The notes under the pieces are model-generated. The model saw only the letters and a list, made by a program, of their open reading frames with translations, had not been told where the DNA came from and searched no databases. This document shows, piece after piece, positions 57,713-64,000 of a DNA stretch of 64,000 bases (position 1 is the first letter of the stretch; each line of letters starts with the position of its first letter). This DNA is from Spirochaetia bacterium (GTDB lineage: Bacteria > Spirochaetota > Spirochaetia > SZUA-6 > Bin103). The DNA lies in the NCBI GenBank assembly GCA_965198005.1, contig CBDAOI010000001.1:96001-160000 (forward strand). Direction: 5' to 3'. A program made the translations under genes and the position numbers.

Positions 57713-59722
57713 CTACGCGCCTCCGGCGCCACGTCGCCTCGCCGGTCCGCCACGCAGCGCCTGCATGCTCCGCAACTCCGTCGCAAATCTCGGTTCGTAC
57801 GGGAGCAACTCAATCGCCTTGCGATAGGCAGCTTCGACCTCGCCGAGGGGCGCCCGCAACCAGTTCAGCGTTCGGGCAAGATCCCGCCACGCCCAGGCAT
57901 GTCGGGCCGGGGCAGCCTCAAGTTGGATCGCGCCTTCCAAGAGTGGCCGGGCTTCCGTCAGAAACCTCCGGTTGAGGTCGCGCCGGCGCTGGCGGTATGC
58001 CTCGTTCGCCAAATATAGTTTGGACTGTGCGAACTCGTGTAGTGCGCGAGAGTCGGTGTAGAGCGCGTCCCCGGCACGCTCGAAGTACTGATGCGCAACT
58101 CTGGAATCCCGAGCACGTCGTGCCAAAATGGCGGCGTCTATCGCGTCCTGGCCCACCACCACCGGGCGGCTGCCGGTCAGCAGGCTCCGCGCCCTGCCGA
58201 CTCTTCCCGCCTGCACGAACGCTTCGATCAGCCGATTCTCGACGTGCGCCACCGCATGCTCCGGTCCCTGCGCCTTGAAAACCTCCAGGATTTCCTCGGC
58301 ACGATCCAGCTCACCACTCTCGGCGTAGGTGTTGATCATCTCGGCGGCGAGGATGGCTGAATTCTTGTTGGACTCCCACGCTGACGCGACGCGGCTGCGG
58401 GACTGAGCGTGCTCTCCCAAAGCCTTCAGGTGAGCCGCATCGCGCAACGCGGACAGGGCGCCATACTCCGGATGCGCCGGCAAAGTTGCCTGAAAGTACG
58501 TTCGATGCTCGTCGAACTCGAACCGGGGCACCGGCGATCCGTTGGCCGCCATCGCCTGAAACACCTTGGGCAATCCGGAGAGCCGTCCCTCCGCCAGCCG
58601 CAGTTCTTTTAGAAACTCACCGATTCGCCGGTTGCGGGCGGGAGCGGCCCGCGCCTCGACGTTCCGGAGCAGATGGCCCGGCTCGATTCCCGGGACCGGT
58701 CCGGGATAGCTGATCACCTCGATGCGGCTCGGATAGAGATAAACCTTGGTAGGTTCCGGCTGATCTACGTCGTAGCCGCGATGATACACCGCGTTCACCA
58801 GAGTCTCACGCAGCGCCTGCAGAGGATAGCTGACCCACCCGCGTACCTGGCTCCGGTCCGGTTGCTTCTGCAGGTGGAACGCGGAGAGGTTTTCCAGGTA
58901 GTTCAGACAATCGCGCAGCTGGTCCACGAGGCCGCCGCTGAAGGTGCGTTCCTCCTGCACGTCTCCAGCCCGATCGGCGGCGAACTGCACGACTTCGATC
59001 TTTGCTCCTCGAAACCACTCGGTGGGATCCCGCGAAAAGAACAACAGCGCGGTATTCCGCGGAACCTCATGATCGTTCACCTTCATGGTCAGCCGCATGC
59101 GCCGGTAGACGTCGCGCTCATTCGATTCGTCGAGAAGCCCACTGCGTACGTCTCGCAGATACTCACGAACCTTCACCTCGCGCAGATCCTCGACCTTGGC
59201 ATGATTGGCGCGCCGGTCGTCCCATGGCACGCGTGCCGTCTGCTGAATGAGCCCACGCAGCAGATCGGGCCGTTTCTCGGCGTTGACCGTCTCGGCACCA
59301 AGGCGAACCCAGTAACGGAGCGATCCATCGCGGTCCGGTGCGCGATGGGCTCTCGTGTCGCTGGCCGGAGCCCATACCACCAGAATCAATCGATCTCCTG
59401 CTAAGCTCTCCGGTGACAGGACCGGGAAATAGGGAGGGTCAAGCGCACCGCACCTGCCGCGTATCCACTTCTGTGCCGCGTCCAAATCCTCCCCGGACAA
59501 GCCCGCCGCAGGCAGCTCGGCGCGACCTTCCCGCTCGCCAACGCCAATCACCACGTAACCGCCGTTCAGGTTGTGGTAGTCGTTTGCGAACGCACAGATC
59601 GTGCGGAGTACTTGGGGGCCAGTGTTGTGTGGGCTCCATGATGCCTTGAACTCCACCCGTTCCGACTCTACGCCGCGACAATACAGGAGGTCTTCGAGAT
59701 TTATCGTTAAGATAGTGCTCAC
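57713..59722 (-). CDS. Schlafen/AlbA_2 + HATPase_c_4 + TPR-like protein
   Basis: ESERVEFK, ICAFAN...GGYVVIGV, RETLVNAVYHRGY and RNRRI motifs; helical C-terminus (AYRKAIELLP); visibly less GC3-biased. Confidence 0.82.
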   Translation of the reverse strand: MSTILTINLEDLLYCRGVESERVEFKASWSPHNTGPQVLRTICAFANDYHNLNGGYVVIGVGEREGRAELPAAGLSGEDLDAAQKWIRGRCGALDPPYFPVLSPESLAGDRLILVVWAPASDTRAHRAPDRDGSLRYWVRLGAETVNAEKRPDLLRGLIQQTARVPWDDRRANHAKVEDLREVKVREYLRDVRSGLLDESNERDVYRRMRLTMKVNDHEVPRNTALLFFSRDPTEWFRGAKIEVVQFAADRAGDVQEERTFSGGLVDQLRDCLNYLENLSAFHLQKQPDRSQVRGWVSYPLQALRETLVNAVYHRGYDVDQPEPTKVYLYPSRIEVISYPGPVPGIEPGHLLRNVEARAAPARNRRIGEFLKELRLAEGRLSGLPKVFQAMAANGSPVPRFEFDEHRTYFQATLPAHPEYGALSALRDAAHLKALGEHAQSRSRVASAWESNKNSAILAAEMINTYAESGELDRAEEILEVFKAQGPEHAVAHVENRLIEAFVQAGRVGRARSLLTGSRPVVVGQDAIDAAILARRARDSRVAHQYFERAGDALYTDSRALHEFAQSKLYLANEAYRQRRRDLNRRFLTEARPLLEGAIQLEAAPARHAWAWRDLARTLNWLRAPLGEVEAAYRKAIELLPYEPRFATELRSMQALRGGPARRRGAGGA

Positions 59723-59904
59723 AGATTGGGACGATCAGGAGTCTTCTACCATACAACGTGAACAACACGTGAACAACACGTGGTCACGCCTGACGATGCC
59801 CGACGCGCGACTTGGCGTGGCCGCCCGGGCGGCGCCTGACGCACGGCCTGCGGTCGCCCGCCACGCCCGTCCGCGGCGGGCGGCCCGCGACCGCGTGCTC
59901 GTCC

Positions 59905-61425
59905 TCAGAGGGTGAAGCTGACGGTCTCGCGCGCGCCGTTGCGGATGATCCGGAACCGGTACTCGCCGGCGCGCCGCTCACCGAGCGCGCGGTAGAAGTC
60001 GGCGGCATCGCGCATGGCGGTGCCGTTGATATGCGTCACTACGTCGCCGCGGCGCAAGCCGGCGCGCCCCGGCGCGCTCGAATCGCGCACACCCGCCACC
60101 ACCAGGCCGCGTACGTTGCCGGGCACGTTGAATTGGGCCCGCGTCCGGTCGGTGAGATGGAGCGGGAACGCGCCGGGCCAGTCACGTACGTCGCGGTCGC
60201 GGCGGTCGTCGTCCCGGAGCGCGACGCGCACCGCCACCTCCAGCGGCCGCCCGTCGCGCCGCAGGCCGAACACGCTGTCGCGTCCCGGCTCCAGGGCCCC
60301 GACCGCCCTGATCAACTCGTTGCTGTCCGCGACCTCCCGGCCATCGACGTGCGTCACCCAATCACCCGGCCGCAGGTCCCCGCGCGCCGCCGGTGAATCG
60401 AGCATCACGCTCCACACCAGGGCGCCATCGATGCCGGTAACGTCGAGCGCCGCCCGCATCTCGTCACTCGCCGAGTCCACGTACACGCCGAGGAAGCCGT
60501 AGCGCACTTCACCCGACCGGATGAGCTGGTCGATGGCCGACTTGGCTACGTTGATCGGGAGCGCGAACCCGACCCCGACGTTGCCGCCGCTGCGGGAAGC
60601 GATCCAGGTGTTGATGCCGACTACCTCGCCGGCCAGATTGACCAGGGCGCCCCCCGAATTGCCGGGGTTGATGGCCGCGTCGGTCTGGATGTACTCCGCG
60701 ATATTGCGCGGGAAGCTGCCCGACTCGCGCCCCAGGGCGCTGACGATGCCCGACGTCACGGTCGACTGGAAGCCGAACGGGCTGCCCACCGCCAGCACCA
60801 GATCGCCCACCACGAGGCTGCTGGAATCGCCCAGCGTGGCCACCGGGATCTCCGCGGGCCCGTCGAACGAGAGCAGCGCGATGTCCTGGCGCAGGTCACG
60901 CCCCACCAGCTCGGCGGCAAAGTCACGGCCGTCGTCGAGGGTCACCTGGATCGATTCGGTGTTGGCGATTACGTGGCTGTTGGTAAGCACGTAGTAGCGC
61001 TTGCCGTCGCGCCGCACGATCACCCCGGAGCCGGTGCCGCCCGGCTGTCCGAACTCCGGGGACGGGACGGACCGTGGGCTCAGCCCGAACCGGCCGCGGC
61101 TACCCGGCGTAACGGTGGTGTCGATCTTGACCACCACCGGCAGCGCCGCGGCGGCGACTTGGCGGAACGACGCCTGCATTGCCTGGAGCAGCGCCATGCC
61201 CGACGGGCCGTTCGCCGCCGGGTCCGCAACCAGCGCTACGCCGGCGGACGACCCCGCCGGCACGACACCGGGGGATTCCTTGCCCCGGTTGGAATCGAAG
61301 ATGCCGGCGGCGCCGGCCCCGACCCCGACCAGCAGGCACACGCCGGAGACGAGCGCGCGGATGCGGTTGCCGTACCTGACGCCGCGCGCCGGATCCCGTA
61401 TCACGAGGTGACCGTACTGACTCAT
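59905..61425 (-). CDS. HtrA/DegP serine protease with two PDZ domains
   Basis: GSGVI, TNSHV, DIAL and QTDAAINPGNSGG motifs; two PDZ domains. Confidence 0.93.
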   Translation of the reverse strand: MSQYGHLVIRDPARGVRYGNRIRALVSGVCLLVGVGAGAAGIFDSNRGKESPGVVPAGSSAGVALVADPAANGPSGMALLQAMQASFRQVAAAALPVVVKIDTTVTPGSRGRFGLSPRSVPSPEFGQPGGTGSGVIVRRDGKRYYVLTNSHVIANTESIQVTLDDGRDFAAELVGRDLRQDIALLSFDGPAEIPVATLGDSSSLVVGDLVLAVGSPFGFQSTVTSGIVSALGRESGSFPRNIAEYIQTDAAINPGNSGGALVNLAGEVVGINTWIASRSGGNVGVGFALPINVAKSAIDQLIRSGEVRYGFLGVYVDSASDEMRAALDVTGIDGALVWSVMLDSPAARGDLRPGDWVTHVDGREVADSNELIRAVGALEPGRDSVFGLRRDGRPLEVAVRVALRDDDRRDRDVRDWPGAFPLHLTDRTRAQFNVPGNVRGLVVAGVRDSSAPGRAGLRRGDVVTHINGTAMRDAADFYRALGERRAGEYRFRIIRNGARETVSFTL

Positions 61426-61506
61426 GTATCCAAGGTACCGCATTCGGCGAACGTCGCGGGCACCTGTGATCAGCTTCGCATCAACTTCGCCGGGTTCGCC
61501 CTCACT

Positions 61507-62196
61507 TCACGGCCGCGCCTGCTCGGCGGCCGTGACCGCGGCCAGCAGCACCGCCCCGCACAGTCTGCCCAGACGCGCATGGTCGAACGCCGCCGAGCGG
61601 CTGTGGTCGCAGTCCGCCAGCGCGTGCATGACGGTGTCCTGGAAGAAGCTGAAGGTGGCCACGACCGTCGACGGCGCCAGACCCAGCCGGCGCGCTGCGA
61701 CCCCGTAGCTCCGGCCGAGCTGGCGCCCCCGGCGCAACAGCGTCCCCCCCGGAGTGCTCGCCCGCGCACGCCGGCCGGTAGAGCCGTCGCCGGCCGTGGT
61801 GCCCCCCGGTCCGGCCACGGCGCACTCGATCAGCAGGCTGAGCAGTGCCCGTCCCAGTTCGGCCAGGGACCGCCGCTCGCCGCGCGTGAGACCGGCGCGC
61901 AGCGTACGCAGCGCCGCGGCCGAGGCGAGTCGCGGCGGCGCCGCCACCGCCGCCTGCACGGCGCTGCGCACCATGCGCTCGATGGCGGCCGCCTGCGCGG
62001 GGTCTTCGTGCGGCGCCGCCAGCACCTGCCGCAGGTCGCGTACCCGGTAGCGGCGATGGCCGCCGGGCGTGCGCAGGCAGGGAATGGTGCCCTTCTCGCT
62101 CCAGTTGCGCAGCGTCAGCGGGTGCACGCCGAGCATCGCGGCCGCCTCCCGAATGGTCAGCAGCCGCGCGTCACTCTCGTCCGTAACCGGTGCCAT
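61507..62196 (-). CDS. MerR/excisionase-type HTH regulator with an all-helical C-terminal domain
   Basis: LTIREAAAMLGVHPLTLRNW...RTPGGHRRY. Confidence 0.82.
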   Translation of the reverse strand: MAPVTDESDARLLTIREAAAMLGVHPLTLRNWSEKGTIPCLRTPGGHRRYRVRDLRQVLAAPHEDPAQAAAIERMVRSAVQAAVAAPPRLASAAALRTLRAGLTRGERRSLAELGRALLSLLIECAVAGPGGTTAGDGSTGRRARASTPGGTLLRRGRQLGRSYGVAARRLGLAPSTVVATFSFFQDTVMHALADCDHSRSAAFDHARLGRLCGAVLLAAVTAAEQARP

Positions 62197-62269
62197 GCGC
62201 TTGGAGGCCTGAAATTCCCGCTTGCGAATCACATAAAATCATATATATCTTGAACACGACGGACCCCGC

Positions 62270-63553
62270 ATGATTCGCGCCTGGTTACTCGATTATCGAC
62301 CCCTGCCGCCACCGCTGGCAAGCGCGGCCGCAGCGGCGGCGGCGCCGCTGGCGGAGCTGCTTGCGCGCGAGTTGCCGCGCAGCAACGGCCACCGGCCGGA
62401 GAGCGTGGTGCTCACCACCTGCCACCGTTGCGAGGTATACACGCACCAGGTGAGCTCGGAGGCGGTCGGCCGGCTGCTGCGGTCCCGGCTCCCGGCGGCG
62501 GCGGGCGAGCTGCTGTCGGTGCGCAGCGGCGATCCGGTCGCGCGCCATTTGATGCGCGTGGCGACGGGTCTGGAGTCGATGCTGCTCGGCGAGACCGAGG
62601 TCCAGGGCCAAGTGGTGGACGCGCTGGCCCGCGCCACGGCGCTCGGCAGCGCCGGGCCGGTGCTGGACGCGCTGTTTCGGGCCGCGGTCCACGCGGGGAA
62701 GCGGGCGCGCACGTCGACCGGGATCGGCCGGCACGCGACCTCGCTGGCAGCCGCCGGAGTGGACTTGGCGCTGGCCGGGTTGGACGGGGGCAACGGCCGG
62801 CACGTGGCGGTATTCGGCGCCGGCACCATGGCGCGCCGCGCGTGCGAACGGCTGCATGCCGCCGGGGTGGTGGCGTTGACCGTGGTCAACCGCACCGTCG
62901 CGCACGCCCGGGGCTTGGCCGCCCACTACGGCACGCGGGCGGTGCCGCTGACGCAGGCGGCGGCCGCGCTGCGGCGCGCGGATCTGGTGGTCGCCGCCAC
63001 CTCGGCGCCCGCGCCGATCATCGACCGCCGCCTGGTGCAGAGCGTGCTGGAGGCACGCGGCGGCCGCCCGCTGCACCTGGTGGACCTCGCGGTGCCGCGC
63101 AACGTCGCTCCGGACGTGCCTGCGCTGGCCGGCATCCACTACTACGACATTGCGGCGCTGGAGGGTGTCACCCAAGCCAGCCATGCCGCCCGCGCGGCCG
63201 AAATCCCGCGGGCGGAGACGATCATCGACGAGGAACTGGAGCGGTTTCAAGGCTGGCTCCGCCAACATGAGGTCGCGCCCACGCTGCGCATGCTGGGCGA
63301 GCTGGCGGCCGCCGCCCGCGACGCCGAGCTGCAGCGGGTCTGGCGGCGGCTGCCGGATCTGTCCGCGCGCGAACGGCGGGTGGTGGAGTCGTTGGCCCAC
63401 AACCTCGCCCACCGCCTGCTGCGCACGCCGATGGCTCGGCTGCGCGCCGCCGCCGGCAGCGACCGGGCCGGCGAGTACCGCACGGTCCTCGACCAGCTAT
63501 TCGCCGACGACGGGGCCCGGTCCGACGAGCAGGCGTCCGATGGCCGCACCTGA
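62270..63553 (+). CDS. hemA: Glutamyl-tRNA reductase
   Basis: TCHRCEVY, HLMRVATGLESMLLGE, GAGTMA, NRT and DLAVPRNV motifs. Confidence 0.9.
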   Translation: MIRAWLLDYRPLPPPLASAAAAAAAPLAELLARELPRSNGHRPESVVLTTCHRCEVYTHQVSSEAVGRLLRSRLPAAAGELLSVRSGDPVARHLMRVATGLESMLLGETEVQGQVVDALARATALGSAGPVLDALFRAAVHAGKRARTSTGIGRHATSLAAAGVDLALAGLDGGNGRHVAVFGAGTMARRACERLHAAGVVALTVVNRTVAHARGLAAHYGTRAVPLTQAAAALRRADLVVAATSAPAPIIDRRLVQSVLEARGGRPLHLVDLAVPRNVAPDVPALAGIHYYDIAALEGVTQASHAARAAEIPRAETIIDEELERFQGWLRQHEVAPTLRMLGELAAAARDAELQRVWRRLPDLSARERRVVESLAHNLAHRLLRTPMARLRAAAGSDRAGEYRTVLDQLFADDGARSDEQASDGRT

Positions 63554-64000
63554 CCCGCCGCCGCGTGCCGGGTTGCCACCCGCCGGTACGCCGCGCACTC
63601 TCAGCCACTTCGCGCTGCTGCGCTTCACCGGCGCCTACTGGGGGCTGGACGCGGCCGAGCGGCGCCGGCAGCACCGTGCGCTGCGGGACGGAGTGAGCCG
63701 CGTGGCCGACGCGGCGCATCTGTATCAGATGTTTCCCATGAGTGCCGCCGCCGACGTGCTGCTGTGGACCGCGCTCGAGACGGCCGAACCGGACCGGGTA
63801 CGCCGCTACTTCAGCGACCTGGCCGGCGTGTTGGCGCCGTTGCGGCCGTGGCTGGCGGTCGAGCTGGCACTGTGGGGCTTCACCCGCCCCTCCACCTATA
63901 CCAGGACGCGTTCCTCACAGGAGATGGATCCGTTCGGCACCCGCCGCAAGCCCTACCTGGTGCTGTACCCGTTCGTGAAGACCAGCGCCTGGTACGCGTT
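63540..64000 (+). CDS. Chlorite dismutase / coproheme decarboxylase (HemQ/ChdC) family, 3'-partial
   Basis: ATG overlaps the hemA end; ADVLLW, TRPSTY and YLVLYPFVKTSAWY motifs; translated by eye. Confidence 0.82.
   Translation, partial: MAAPDPPPRAGLPPAGTPRTLSHFALLRFTGAYWGLDAAERRRQHRALRDGVSRVADAAHLYQMFPMSAAADVLLWTALETAEPDRVRRYFSDLAGVLAPLRPWLAVELALWGFTRPSTYTRTRSSQEMDPFGTRRKPYLVLYPFVKTSAWYA

Overview
A 64-kb window of very GC-rich bacterial DNA, most likely from a Spirochaetota genome. The evidence is the tRNA-Glu-murC-yicC-cmk-rpoZ-miaA...bS22-folP-acpS-truA-udg-priA...def-fmt-PASTA gene order, a cytidylate kinase with a GKSGCGNST P-loop and a Borrelia-type bS22; this assignment is an inference. 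Housekeeping genes include leuB, arfB, sucCD, a 2-oxoacid dehydrogenase E1a/E1b/E2 cluster, htrA, hemA-hemQ and two tRNAs. Many catabolic oxidoreductases and transporters lie between them. The most striking feature is several tracts (about 21.3-23.2, 25.7, 26.9-32.4, 35.1-35.8, 41.3-42.2 and 56.7-57.7 kb) built from short pieces of unrelated genes joined end to end: toxin-antitoxin genes, ATPases, a group II intron RT, a DUF222 HNH gene, ligC and methyltransferases. Other highlights are a 29-aa ribosomal protein bS22 missed by the ORF track, a Schlafen/AlbA_2-HATPase-TPR candidate defence gene, a Bdr-like repeat protein, and a tRNA whose acceptor strand may double as the murC Shine-Dalgarno. 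Several small frameshifts may be assembly errors. No CRISPR array, rRNA or intact mobile element was found. All family calls come from motif recognition by eye, without database searches.
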